DNA of 64,000 nt, from the UHGV virus genome UHGV-0128973. One strand, written 5' to 3'. This stretch comes from a virus. The notes under the pieces were generated by a model. That model was not told the origin of the DNA, searched no databases, and saw only the letters and a list, made by a program, of their open reading frames with translations. This document shows positions 47,992 through 56,825 of this stretch, in pieces (position 1 is the stretch's first letter; every line of letters starts with the position of its first letter). The position numbers and the translations under genes are program-made.

Positions 47992-48008
47992 ATTGCTCTA
48001 ATAATTCC
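47992..48008 (+). promoter_or_regulatory. C1 operator (left member of a pair).
   Basis: ATTGCTCTAATAATTCC matches the 5' 13 nt of the consensus. Confidence 0.65.
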
Positions 48009-48016
48009 ATATTTTT

Positions 48017-48046
48017 AAAACGTGATGTACACTCATCACGTTTTTT
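48017..48046 (+). terminator. Rho-independent terminator after pmgQ, located between two C1 operators.
   Basis: AAAACGTGATG-TACACT-CATCACGTTTT followed by TTAT. Confidence 0.7.
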
Positions 48047-48057
48047 ATTAGAGCAAT
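48041..48057 (-). promoter_or_regulatory. C1 operator (right member, inverted orientation) upstream of pmgR.
   Basis: TTTTTTATTAGAGCAAT is the reverse complement of ATTGCTCTAATAAAAAA. Confidence 0.65.
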
Positions 48058-48071
48058 CCATAAGGTGCACT

Positions 48072-48290
48072 ATGTGGCCATTCCGACGGAAATATCACTA
48101 CTGGCTGATCGCCTTTGTTACGCCGTCCGGCGATATCAGGCATGTCATCACCAGGTATCGCAACAAGAGACTCACCTTAGCCAGAATTTTACAGGCTGCC
48201 ATAGGTGAGGGACTGGATACAAATTGCGTAGTCCTTCCTCCTTCATACTTAGGAAAAATGACCGAAGCACAAGCTAATACGGAACTTTGA
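48072..48290 (+). CDS. pmgR: Hypothetical protein (72 aa).
   Basis: Complete ORF after the operator pair. P1 synteny. Confidence 0.45.
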   Translation: MWPFRRKYHYWLIAFVTPSGDIRHVITRYRNKRLTLARILQAAIGEGLDTNCVVLPPSYLGKMTEAQANTEL

Positions 48291-48291
48291 A

Positions 48292-49554
48292 ATGATCACT
48301 TCAGCACAAAACCAATCAATCGAAAATGTATCTATCCCTGACGTCCTGAATGCCGGTATCCCGGCCATTATCCAGAACATCCGGGCCGCGCAACGCCGCG
48401 TTAGTTGTGATGACCTCACAGCGCGTTTTTTTGATAATGCGGTTCAGTCAGCGGAGATGCTTCACGCACAGCTTATTGATGTTTATAACGCAGAAGCTGA
48501 TAGCCATAACTCCCTGGTAGATGCAGCTGAAAATATGCAGTTGGATCTCGGTCTGAAGGGTAAAGAAATTGAAGAGCTTCAGCTACAAATTGAACATTTG
48601 AAACGCCAGCAACAGGACGCGATCGACGATGCGACGCATGACGCCAACCAGCGTGCTGATAATGCCGAACGTATAAGCATTGAGCTGGAAACAAAACTCA
48701 ATGAAATGACCGCGATGGTTGAACTGCGGAACTCACAGATTTCAACGCTAAAATCTCAATATAAAGAGATCATGAAACTTGATCCTTTTAACCTTGAGAA
48801 ACGCTATAACAAAGCTAAAAGCGAGCGACAGGAACTGCGTAAGCAGGTCGCCGACCTTAACCAACAGCTCAAAAAAACTATTAAAGATGCAAGCGAAGCG
48901 CGCGTGGCATTTGCTAATAAAAAAGCAGAGGTTACCGCGCTGGTTAATGAGAATGCCAAATTTGCGACGCTCAAGAAGGAAATGTATGGCATTACTGAGC
49001 GCCGTTTCCCTGCAAGCAAACTTCATCCGACGTTAGGGCAAATCTCCTTCTTCCCGCGCCTCCTGGCTTATGGGATCTCATCGCCTAAAGAGTTCAATAA
49101 CGAGCGTCCTTATATCGTTTCTAAGCTGGACTTTGCTTATCAGTTCTGCTGCGACATGGGCTATGCCATTGATATCCGAATCAACGAATGGTTGATGCCA
49201 AACTTCCAGCCGCTGGCCATTTTCCGCGAGTTCCAGCCGGAAGGTTGGGTAGAGTTCTTCCATGAATTGATCTGTAAAGAGATGGAAAGCCGCCGCCCGG
49301 AACTGGTCCGCCGTGTCGAGTGGGCGCAAGAGGTTATGTTGGCAGATGCAGAGCTGCCGTTCGAACCGGAATTTATTGATGATCTGGCAGCTAAAGGGCT
49401 GCATACCCTGTTTGATGTGGTTACCCGCCGTCATGAGCAGTTGGTTGTCGAATTGGGTTTAGAGGAAACAGCGGCAAGAAGACTTCTCGATGTTTGCTAT
49501 GCACGTAGCGATGCATGGGAAAAAGAGAACGGCGGCACTATTTACGTTCGCTGA
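48292..49554 (+). CDS. pmgS: Coiled-coil protein (420 aa).
   Basis: Complete ORF with a long heptad-like central region. P1 synteny. Confidence 0.5.
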   Translation: MITSAQNQSIENVSIPDVLNAGIPAIIQNIRAAQRRVSCDDLTARFFDNAVQSAEMLHAQLIDVYNAEADSHNSLVDAAENMQLDLGLKGKEIEELQLQIEHLKRQQQDAIDDATHDANQRADNAERISIELETKLNEMTAMVELRNSQISTLKSQYKEIMKLDPFNLEKRYNKAKSERQELRKQVADLNQQLKKTIKDASEARVAFANKKAEVTALVNENAKFATLKKEMYGITERRFPASKLHPTLGQISFFPRLLAYGISSPKEFNNERPYIVSKLDFAYQFCCDMGYAIDIRINEWLMPNFQPLAIFREFQPEGWVEFFHELICKEMESRRPELVRRVEWAQEVMLADAELPFEPEFIDDLAAKGLHTLFDVVTRRHEQLVVELGLEETAARRLLDVCYARSDAWEKENGGTIYVR

Positions 49555-49573
49555 CAGTTACAGTGTCACTTTT

Positions 49574-49608
49574 AATGCTGGTGGAGTGCGCCCACCAGCA
49601 TTTTTTTC
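49574..49608 (+). terminator. Rho-independent terminator after pmgS.
   Basis: AATGCTGGTGG-AGTGCGC-CCACCAGCATT followed by TTTTTT. Confidence 0.75.
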
Positions 49609-49626
49609 GTCCAATGAGGAGGGCAT

Positions 49627-50133
49627 TTGAGTATTTTCAATAAACACGCACACCAGGAACGTCCGTATATCGTCATAGTTGATATTGATGGAACAATATC
49701 AGAGGCAACTGAAGACAGACTGCATTTGCTTCCGCCACCAGGTAAAGGTGCATTAACAAAGGACTGGAACGAGTTTAATCTCGCCTGTGACACCGATACT
49801 CCCATCACTCCAGTTATTGATATGGTGCGCCAGTTATTTAACGTTTACACGGTCTGGTTTGTAACCGGGCGCTGTGAGATCGCAAGGGATAAAACACGAG
49901 CCTGGCTGCGGAAGTACGTAACAAACGGGGCTGAGCCTTTGCTATCTATGCGTCCTGCCACCGATGACAGAAATGACGGCCCAGCAAAGATTGATCTCCT
50001 TAAGAAAATTGGTCTAAGTAAAATCGCGTTCGCGCTGGAAGATAAGATTGAAGTGGCGCGTGTTTTCAGGAGGCACGGCGTGCTTACGTTAATGGTCAGG
50101 GAGTATGAAAATGCGCTTCTTCATCAACAATGA
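49627..50133 (+). CDS. pap: HAD-type phosphatase (168 aa; TTG start).
   Basis: HAD motif I IVIVDIDGTIS. RBS GAGGAGGG upstream. Confidence 0.65.
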   Translation: MSIFNKHAHQERPYIVIVDIDGTISEATEDRLHLLPPPGKGALTKDWNEFNLACDTDTPITPVIDMVRQLFNVYTVWFVTGRCEIARDKTRAWLRKYVTNGAEPLLSMRPATDDRNDGPAKIDLLKKIGLSKIAFALEDKIEVARVFRRHGVLTLMVREYENALLHQQ

Positions 50134-50149
50134 TTGCTCTAATAAATCT
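50133..50149 (+). promoter_or_regulatory. C1 operator upstream of the pmgT-pmgV operon.
   Basis: ATTGCTCTAATAAATCT has one mismatch to the consensus. Confidence 0.75.
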
Positions 50150-50231
50150 TGATTTTTAAAACAGAGAAAGTGAAAATAAAAACATGCCGCAAGGCGCGGC
50201 ATGTATCCAATCAATCACAGGAGCTGAAAAT

Positions 50232-50318
50232 ATGAACACGGCATTCAAAATCATTATGGCCGCGATCTATTTCTGGCTGTTCTCTATCACTTTTGGCGGC
50301 ATCGTCGCACATGGGTAA
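50232..50318 (+). CDS. Possible small hydrophobic peptide (28 aa).
   Basis: AGGAG RBS 8 nt before the ATG. Sequence MNTAFKIIMAAIYFWLFSITFGGIVAHG. Confidence 0.35.
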   Translation: MNTAFKIIMAAIYFWLFSITFGGIVAHG

Positions 50319-50327
50319 GGGGGATGC

Positions 50328-51056
50328 ATGAAAGGCGAAGTGAAAGAGCGCGGCATGATTTTCAACGATGAGATGGTCCGGGCCATCCTCGAAGGAAGGA
50401 AAACGCAGACGCGGCGGATAATGAAAAATCAGCCTGCGGAAGTTGGTCCAGAAGCACCAGTGATGGTTAGAAAAATTGGTGCAGGTTTTCAGTGGTACGG
50501 GGCTGATGGTGTAAGCAGTGTTTTCAATTGCCCATTTGGTATCGTCGGCGATCGAATTTGGGTTCGTGAAACATGGGCGATATTAGGCAATGAGGATGGT
50601 TGCAGTGTGGACTGGAACGACAACCTTTGTCGTGGCGATGAGAAGAACGCAGCAAGGATTTATCGGGCCAGTTGCGAGCAAAAACCTGGTGATTACGGCT
50701 TATGGTCGATACCCGATGATGCCGACTGGAAACCTCACACTGTGAATGAAAAGTTTGATGGTGGGTGGCGTCCATCAATTCACATGCCGCGATGGGCATC
50801 ACGCATTCTGTTGGAAATTACCAACGTGCGCGTTGAACGGTTGAACGATATCAGCGAATGCGATGCAAGGGCTGAGGGCGTTCCGCCTGCTGGAAGTTTG
50901 CTTCCTGATCACCCGGGAACATTCCTTACTCCCAAGGGGGATTTCGCAATGGCCAAGGTTGCGTTCCAGCGCCTGTGGGAATCCATCTATGGTGAAGAAA
51001 GCTGGAACGCTAATCCCTGGGTGTGGGTAATCGAGTTTAAGCGCATTCAGGAATAA
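50328..51056 (+). CDS. pmgT: ASCH-like domain protein (242 aa).
   Basis: MVRAILEGRKTQTRR...GDRIWVRETW is the pattern of ASCH-type phage proteins. Confidence 0.55.
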   Translation: MKGEVKERGMIFNDEMVRAILEGRKTQTRRIMKNQPAEVGPEAPVMVRKIGAGFQWYGADGVSSVFNCPFGIVGDRIWVRETWAILGNEDGCSVDWNDNLCRGDEKNAARIYRASCEQKPGDYGLWSIPDDADWKPHTVNEKFDGGWRPSIHMPRWASRILLEITNVRVERLNDISECDARAEGVPPAGSLLPDHPGTFLTPKGDFAMAKVAFQRLWESIYGEESWNANPWVWVIEFKRIQE

Positions 51057-51059
51057 ACC

Positions 51060-51938
51060 GTGAGTATGCATCAAGTCGTCAGCTTTTCAGGTGGACGAAC
51101 ATCGGCTTATCTCGTTCATCTGATGGAAGCACAGCGAAAAGCTGGCGCTAGCGTCCATTTCATTTTTATGGATACCGGCTGTGAACATCCTCTGACGTAT
51201 CGCTTTATTCGTGAGGTTGTGAAGTTCTGGAACGTACCGCTAACGGTGTTGCAGGTCGATATAAATCCAGAACTTGGGCAGCCAAATGGTTATACGGAAT
51301 GGGAACCAAAGGATATTCAGACGCGAATGCCGGTGCTTAAACCGTTTATGGACATGGTTAAAAAGTACGGTACGCCATACATCGGCGGCGCGTTCTGTAC
51401 CGACAGGCTAAAACTCACCCCTTTCACGAAATATTGCGATGACCATTTTGGGCGAGGGAATTACATCACATGGCTCGGTATTCGTGCGGACGAACCCCGT
51501 AGGCTGAAACCGAAACCGGGCGTCCGGTATCTTGCCGAACTGTCAGATTTTGATAAGTCGGATGTTATCCGGTGGTGGCGAAAACAACCTTTTGATTTGC
51601 AAATCCCGGAGCACCTCGGGAACTGTGTTTTTTGCATCAAAAAGTCAACGCAAAAGCTGGGGCTTGCATGTAAAGACGAACCAGGTCTGATGCGGGTTTT
51701 TAATGAACTGGTTACAGGCAAACACGTCAGGGATGGTCATCGCAGAACAGGTAAAGACGTTATGTACCGTGGCCACCTGACGCTTGACGGGATTGCCAGA
51801 ATGTATGCCGACAGTGACTACAGAAATTTGTATCAGGCGATGGTGCTGGCCAAGCGGTTTGATACTGGTTCGTGTTCCGAATCATGTGAAATCTGGGGTG
51901 ACCAATTGGAGTTGAAATTCGAAGAGGTAGTGGAATGA
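51060..51938 (+). CDS. pmgU: PP-loop ATPase of the PAPS-reductase family (292 aa).
   Basis: PP-loop motif VVSFSGGRTSAYL. Confidence 0.65.
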   Translation: MSMHQVVSFSGGRTSAYLVHLMEAQRKAGASVHFIFMDTGCEHPLTYRFIREVVKFWNVPLTVLQVDINPELGQPNGYTEWEPKDIQTRMPVLKPFMDMVKKYGTPYIGGAFCTDRLKLTPFTKYCDDHFGRGNYITWLGIRADEPRRLKPKPGVRYLAELSDFDKSDVIRWWRKQPFDLQIPEHLGNCVFCIKKSTQKLGLACKDEPGLMRVFNELVTGKHVRDGHRRTGKDVMYRGHLTLDGIARMYADSDYRNLYQAMVLAKRFDTGSCSESCEIWGDQLELKFEEVVE

Positions 51939-52138
51939 CAATCGTAAAAACCCATACCGGTACCGTGATCACCAAAGATGGCCCGAAGGTAAAAAAACTG
52001 CACCAAACAGAGCGGATGTGGGTCGTTGGCAAAAACGAGTTTTACCACAAAGAAACTGGACGCCGCCATTTTGCAGAAAATACGCGCCGCCGACTGCTGT
52101 TAGACACCATCAAGCCTATCGAGGTGAAGCATGTTTAA
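51935..52138 (+). CDS. pmgV: Hypothetical protein (67 aa).
   Basis: Its start overlaps the pmgU stop (ATGA). Confidence 0.45.
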   Translation: MTIVKTHTGTVITKDGPKVKKLHQTERMWVVGKNEFYHKETGRRHFAENTRRRLLLDTIKPIEVKHV

Positions 52139-52370
52139 ACAGAACGAAAAAGCTATCGCTCAAATTGCTGATTATATCCCGCGTGCGTGCCGGGGTATGC
52201 AGTTGCAGGAAGCCAAAGCGCGCCTGGAGAAAAAAATTGCGCTCTATATTGATGACGGCTGTGATTCCGCCGTTCTTAACGCGGCGTTCGCACCAGCTCT
52301 TAACTGTCACACTCGGGAGTCTTTTTTTTCGTGCATCGCAGCGCAACTCCGCCAAGGAGGCAACCAGTGA
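52131..52370 (+). CDS. Hypothetical protein (79 aa).
   Basis: Complete ORF overlapping both neighbours by a few nt (coupled). Confidence 0.45.
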   Translation: MFKQNEKAIAQIADYIPRACRGMQLQEAKARLEKKIALYIDDGCDSAVLNAAFAPALNCHTRESFFSCIAAQLRQGGNQ

Positions 52371-53053
52371 GCGAAATTAATTACCAGGCACTGCGTGAGG
52401 CGGCACAGAACGCGAAAAATTTAGGTGGGATTAAGAATTACAAGCGAGGCGAGCAAGCTGTTGCCGAATTTAAGTCCTTGATAACGCCACATATTGTGCT
52501 GGCGCTTCTGGAAGAACGGGAAAGAAACCAGCAATACATCAAACGCCGCGACCAGGAGAACGAGGATATTGCGCTTACGGTAGGGAAGCCGCTAATCGAA
52601 AACGGCCGGCTTGTTGCCGATACGCTACGCCACTTAGCTGATAACGAAATCGACTCTGATTATTTTGCTATCACCTCAACGAATGAGAACGGTACTGAAA
52701 TTGATCATGAGATGGCTATTACCGATTACGCACTGCAAGCTGCCGGAACTGTAGACGAATTGGTTGCGGCGTTGGAATCCGCAGAGAAGCGCATTGCAGA
52801 ACTGGAAAGCAACGAAGTCCGTGAAGTCGGAAATCAGTTTCTTGTTGTTCGCCATCCTGGGAAAACTCCTGTCATCAAGCACTGCACTGGTGACCTGGAA
52901 GAGTTTCTGCGGAAGTTAATCGAACAAGACCCGTTAGTAACTATCGACATCATTACGCATCGCTATTACGGGATTGGCGGTCAATGGGTTCAGGATGCAG
53001 TTGAGTATCTGCATATGATGTCTGACGCTGGCATTCGCATCAAAGGAGAGTGA
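52367..53053 (+). CDS. Ead/Ea22-like protein (228 aa from the GTG start).
   Basis: AAGGAGG RBS 6 nt before the GTG. N-terminus SEINYQALREAAQNA, typical of the lambdoid Ea22/Ead family. Confidence 0.55.
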   Translation: MSEINYQALREAAQNAKNLGGIKNYKRGEQAVAEFKSLITPHIVLALLEERERNQQYIKRRDQENEDIALTVGKPLIENGRLVADTLRHLADNEIDSDYFAITSTNENGTEIDHEMAITDYALQAAGTVDELVAALESAEKRIAELESNEVREVGNQFLVVRHPGKTPVIKHCTGDLEEFLRKLIEQDPLVTIDIITHRYYGIGGQWVQDAVEYLHMMSDAGIRIKGE

Positions 53054-53054
53054 T

Positions 53055-53204
53055 ATGGCTAAGTACATCGTGACTATCGAAGGATTTAATGATTGCAAGG
53101 TTGTTGAGTTTGAAGCAGACACGCCAGAGGATGCCGAAGAAATAGGCAGAGACATATTCTATGAAGAATGCAACTACGGCGTATCACCTGCTACAGAGGA
53201 CTAA
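53055..53204 (+). CDS. Small acidic protein (49 aa; below the ORF-track cutoff).
   Basis: AAGGAGAG RBS. Sequence MAKYIVTIEGFNDCKVVEFEADTPEDAEEIGRDIFYEECNYGVSPATED. Confidence 0.45.
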   Translation: MAKYIVTIEGFNDCKVVEFEADTPEDAEEIGRDIFYEECNYGVSPATED

Positions 53205-53207
53205 CAC

Positions 53208-54482
53208 ATGACCACTATTACCAAAGAGCGACTGCTGACAATCAAACAGTGGCGCGAAACATACGGACCTGGTAGCAACGTTGTACTGCCAGCAGAAGAA
53301 GCGGAAGAACTGGCACGAATTGCTCTGGCATCGCTGGAAGCAAAACCAATAGGTGCATTCCACATTGCAGAACAGCAAGTTGACGGCACAAGTGACTACC
53401 TCAAGGATGGAGAATGGCCTATTGATAATGGAATTATTGAGGTCTACGCCGCTCCACCCGTTCCAGTAGTACCGGAAGAAAAACCAATGCCTAACGCTCT
53501 AAGCATGCTTGAAAGAGAGATCACACAACTGATTGGTGATGCGCAGGAAGCCACTGTTACTGGCTATGAGTTAATCGCTGAAGCTTGGCGTTTGATGGAT
53601 GGACAAGACCCTAAAACCAGCGATTGGCATAGCAAGGCTTCGAAGTATTTAAATTCCAATATTGTAGAAAAAGTTGATGATGACCGTATTGAGGCTGTTA
53701 AGGCTGTTTTGCGTAGACTGGCTGGCAACTCTCCGGTAATTCCAGGTGAGGTGCTGTCAGCAATTATGAAGGTTGCCAGGGTTCGTGCCGATTTCGATGA
53801 TTTTGACGGTGACAGGCGAGGTATCGGTGATTGTCTGGATGAGGCTGAGCAAGAGCTTATCGTTACCATTAACAAATATGCCAGTCAGTTGGCAGCAGAA
53901 CCGATAGCGACTAATAACGTTCGAGAGCAGCAGACAGCCGTTCCGCCAGTTCCGGAAATACAGGATGATGTCGCGCAAGCAATTGAAAATCTCAAGCAGA
54001 AGTTAGTGGAATGCAATCGCTATAACTACTGCGCAGATGCAGTTAAAGGCGTAGAGGATGCCTGCCACGCTGCCATGCTTCAGGGTAGCCAACCTGTAAG
54101 CCAAACTTACAAGTTGCCAGTTAATACACCTTGCCAAGATGCGCCAGCCCATATCTGGCTGCAAACGGCTGGAGTATGGCCAGAAGATGGCGAGTTAAGC
54201 GAATTAACGTGGTGCAGCCACAATCAGCACCATGATGACACGCTATATGTTCGAGCTGACCTTGTGAATGGCAACTCTCCGGTAACTCCGGATGGTTGGA
54301 TAAGCTGTAGTGAGCGAATGCCCGCTCAAGATGATTGGATTTTAATTTATTCAAAGCACGGCGAGTATATGGCAGGACAGGTACAAGAGGAATACGTGGA
54401 GTTGAGCGACGGCACTTTATCGTGGTTAGGGAACGCCTTGTTCTGGATGCCTCTACCAGAACCGCCTCAGGAGGCAAAATGA
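53208..54482 (+). CDS. Ead/Ea22-like N-terminus with a C-terminal DUF551-like domain (424 aa).
   Basis: N-terminus TITKERLLTIKQWRE. C-terminus GWISCSERMPAQDDWILIY...ALFWMPLPEPP is DUF551-like. Confidence 0.55.
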   Translation: MTTITKERLLTIKQWRETYGPGSNVVLPAEEAEELARIALASLEAKPIGAFHIAEQQVDGTSDYLKDGEWPIDNGIIEVYAAPPVPVVPEEKPMPNALSMLEREITQLIGDAQEATVTGYELIAEAWRLMDGQDPKTSDWHSKASKYLNSNIVEKVDDDRIEAVKAVLRRLAGNSPVIPGEVLSAIMKVARVRADFDDFDGDRRGIGDCLDEAEQELIVTINKYASQLAAEPIATNNVREQQTAVPPVPEIQDDVAQAIENLKQKLVECNRYNYCADAVKGVEDACHAAMLQGSQPVSQTYKLPVNTPCQDAPAHIWLQTAGVWPEDGELSELTWCSHNQHHDDTLYVRADLVNGNSPVTPDGWISCSERMPAQDDWILIYSKHGEYMAGQVQEEYVELSDGTLSWLGNALFWMPLPEPPQEAK

Positions 54483-54739
54483 TGGATGTCAAAGAGAAGA
54501 TTTTGCAGGTGATGCGTTCCCGGGCTGCCCTGCAAGATAAAGCTCTCGGCGGGGAATATCCATTCAGGATGGCAACCTGGAATCTGCGGTTGGCAATGGA
54601 GAAGGAATTTCCTGATGAAGAATGGCGTTCGGCAGATTTGCGCAAAATTCTTATGGAGATGGCTAAAGACGGAACAGTATCCAAAGATACCCATGCCAGC
54701 CGGATTGGTCAGGCGGTATGGAGACTGGAGGTGAGATAA
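54479..54739 (+). CDS. Hypothetical protein (86 aa).
   Basis: Its ATG overlaps the preceding stop (ATGA). The ORF-track version, 54335-54739, has an unsupported upstream extension. Confidence 0.45.
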   Translation: MMDVKEKILQVMRSRAALQDKALGGEYPFRMATWNLRLAMEKEFPDEEWRSADLRKILMEMAKDGTVSKDTHASRIGQAVWRLEVR

Positions 54740-54824
54740 GGAGCTGGCCTGAAGCATTCGCAACGGTAGGAATTGTGATGGCGGCAGCACTGGGTTTGTA
54801 TTCAATTTGTCGCTGGTGGTAACG

Positions 54825-55058
54825 ATGGGAAAAATAACTTTTGTAGTCGAATTTGAGGATGGCAAAGAGCCACCTGTTAGCGCCAATCTTGATGTTGCTG
54901 GTGGCAGGCTTGTTTCGGTTCTATTTGGTGACTACCGAGATGACTTCTTCCAACCAGAAGAAGTTGATGTAGTGCGAGAGGCATTAAACGAGTTAAGTGT
55001 TGATAACGATGATGCTCATGCGGAAATCATCCAAAAAATGGAACTGCTAACTCACTAA
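54825..55058 (+). CDS. Hypothetical acidic protein (77 aa).
   Basis: ATG at 54825 within ORF 54807-55058. Confidence 0.4.
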   Translation: MGKITFVVEFEDGKEPPVSANLDVAGGRLVSVLFGDYRDDFFQPEEVDVVREALNELSVDNDDAHAEIIQKMELLTH

Positions 55059-55106
55059 ATTATCAATTATGGTGCTATCACCTACGACACCGAGAGAAAA
55101 TTTATA

Positions 55107-55229
55107 ATGTCAAAAGTAAATGTTTTGATTTTTTCAGCAATTGTTGGCTTTGGTTTTACTGCCGGAGTGCAGATTTATATTACGTGGGAAAAAATCATCA
55201 ACTACGCATGGAGTTGTTTTATTAAGTGA
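55107..55229 (+). CDS. Possible small membrane peptide (40 aa).
   Basis: MSKVNVLIFSAIVGFGFTAGVQIYITWEKIINYAWSCFIK. The RBS is weak. Confidence 0.3.
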   Translation: MSKVNVLIFSAIVGFGFTAGVQIYITWEKIINYAWSCFIK

Positions 55230-55236
55230 GGTAAGT

Positions 55237-55530
55237 ATGTGGAGAGGTAATAGTCATGGCAAAAGCCAGATGATACTTACCGAATATCAGTTTGACCATA
55301 AAACCAATAAATCACGTTCAGTATATTTGCTTCGGCACAATAGCCGCGTAAGGAATACCGTGCTGGAGCAAAATCTGACTGTTGAAATGGATAATTACGG
55401 GGGCTTCAAGCCAACAATTTCGCTTGATGATTTTCCTCGTGGTTTAAGCGAAAGAGAAGCAATGCTGAAATTAGCAGAATGGCTACAAAGATTAAGCATT
55501 GCTATTGAAGATAACTGGTCTGAACCTTAA
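55237..55530 (+). CDS. Hypothetical protein (97 aa).
   Basis: GAGGTAAGT RBS precedes ATG 55237. It lies within ORF 55141-55530. Confidence 0.45.
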   Translation: MWRGNSHGKSQMILTEYQFDHKTNKSRSVYLLRHNSRVRNTVLEQNLTVEMDNYGGFKPTISLDDFPRGLSEREAMLKLAEWLQRLSIAIEDNWSEP

Positions 55531-55536
55531 ATTTAT

Positions 55537-55911
55537 ATGATGACACTAAAACATTTTCTTGACCGCCCATTATGGGCGGCAGCCGCAGGCTATGACTTTA
55601 ATTATATGGATTGCATGTCTTATACCGCCAATGCATACGACCATTCCTTCAGTCTGCTGTTTAATTCTTTAAGAATATTGCCGCAAACAGAAGTTGGAGA
55701 GCTTCATTTATGGCTATTGGGCTTTATCGCGGCTGTCGTTGGTATTGCTATATGGCCTTTTATTTTCTGGCTGGTGGCTGTTGTAGTGTGGTTTAAGTGC
55801 AAGACATACCGGAAAAAGTATTTCTTAGGTGATGGAATGACTGATATTGCCAAAATGAACATTGAAAAATGGACTAAGGAATGTGAAAAGAAATGGCGCA
55901 AAAAGAAATGA
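55537..55911 (+). CDS. Membrane protein (124 aa).
   Basis: Hydrophobic segment LWLLGFIAAVVGIAIWPFIFWLVAVVVWF. Confidence 0.45.
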   Translation: MMTLKHFLDRPLWAAAAGYDFNYMDCMSYTANAYDHSFSLLFNSLRILPQTEVGELHLWLLGFIAAVVGIAIWPFIFWLVAVVVWFKCKTYRKKYFLGDGMTDIAKMNIEKWTKECEKKWRKKK

Positions 55912-56825
55912 CCCGAATCACTGAAGAGCGTATATCAGAGATTATTTCCCGTATCGAAATGTATGGTCACGGTGCTGGATATACGGCAGATGAAGTATTG
56001 GCACTTGCCCAAATGGCTTTGGCGGCTTGCAAAGATGATAAAAAAATGAAGTTTATCGACTTGTTAGTGGAGGAACTGCCTAAGTGCGGCGGGTGGCCTG
56101 ATGGAATGAGTTATTGTTACCTACCCAGTGTCAATTTAATGGCACCATGCGCGACTTTTGCTTTTGGCTCAGACCACAAAAAAGACACTTTCTTTGGGCG
56201 CAATTTTTGTTGTGAGATTGAGCTTCCAATTGGTGACCTTGATAGCGATGAATACCAGTCAGTTGTCACTCGCGAACAATACGAATCAGCTCTCATAGCG
56301 TCGCAGAAAGTCGAGTTCAATGGTGATGAACTTGAAAGTAAGACTTACAGGTTGGATTTTGGGCAATGGCTGGAACAGCAACGCGGGAAAATCGATGTGG
56401 ACTGTGGTTGTGTGTCCACTGAAACATTCATGCACTGGCTGCGGGTAGCTTACGAGGCTGGCAACTATCCGGATATTCCGGATAGTTCGGTGCCAGCACC
56501 AGGAAAGGGCGTCACCGGTGAACGTATCCGAATTAAGCCGCATGTTTATCGCGAACTGGTTAACCGTCTCCACGATACAGCGATCAAGTGTGCTGGCACC
56601 CAGCAATTACGAGAAAGAATTAGCCGTGTTTTGGGCGACGTTATTACACCAGATCATCATAAACAAGCCGAGAAAAGTGGCCTGGAAAGGTGTCACCTTG
56701 AGGCGGCATTAAACATTAAGCCGGGGCATACGCTTGGCATTATTGATGCACTATTGGTTCATAAGATGGCCAGGGCTTTATTGCCGCTGGTGGATGCTGG
56801 CGATACAAGCGAGGGTGAAGTATGA
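55893..56825 (+). CDS. Hypothetical protein with an Ead/Ea22-like N-terminus (310 aa).
   Basis: Complete ORF. Its N-terminus TRITEERISEIISRIE resembles the 53208 gene. Confidence 0.45.
   Translation: MAQKEMTRITEERISEIISRIEMYGHGAGYTADEVLALAQMALAACKDDKKMKFIDLLVEELPKCGGWPDGMSYCYLPSVNLMAPCATFAFGSDHKKDTFFGRNFCCEIELPIGDLDSDEYQSVVTREQYESALIASQKVEFNGDELESKTYRLDFGQWLEQQRGKIDVDCGCVSTETFMHWLRVAYEAGNYPDIPDSSVPAPGKGVTGERIRIKPHVYRELVNRLHDTAIKCAGTQQLRERISRVLGDVITPDHHKQAEKSGLERCHLEAALNIKPGHTLGIIDALLVHKMARALLPLVDAGDTSEGEV

Noticed and set aside
54121-54886. Minus-strand ORFs of 187 aa and 139 aa in the accessory island.
   Set aside because: They overlap a chain of translationally coupled plus-strand genes with good RBSs. 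Their compositions are Ser/Arg/Pro-rich and they lack start contexts.
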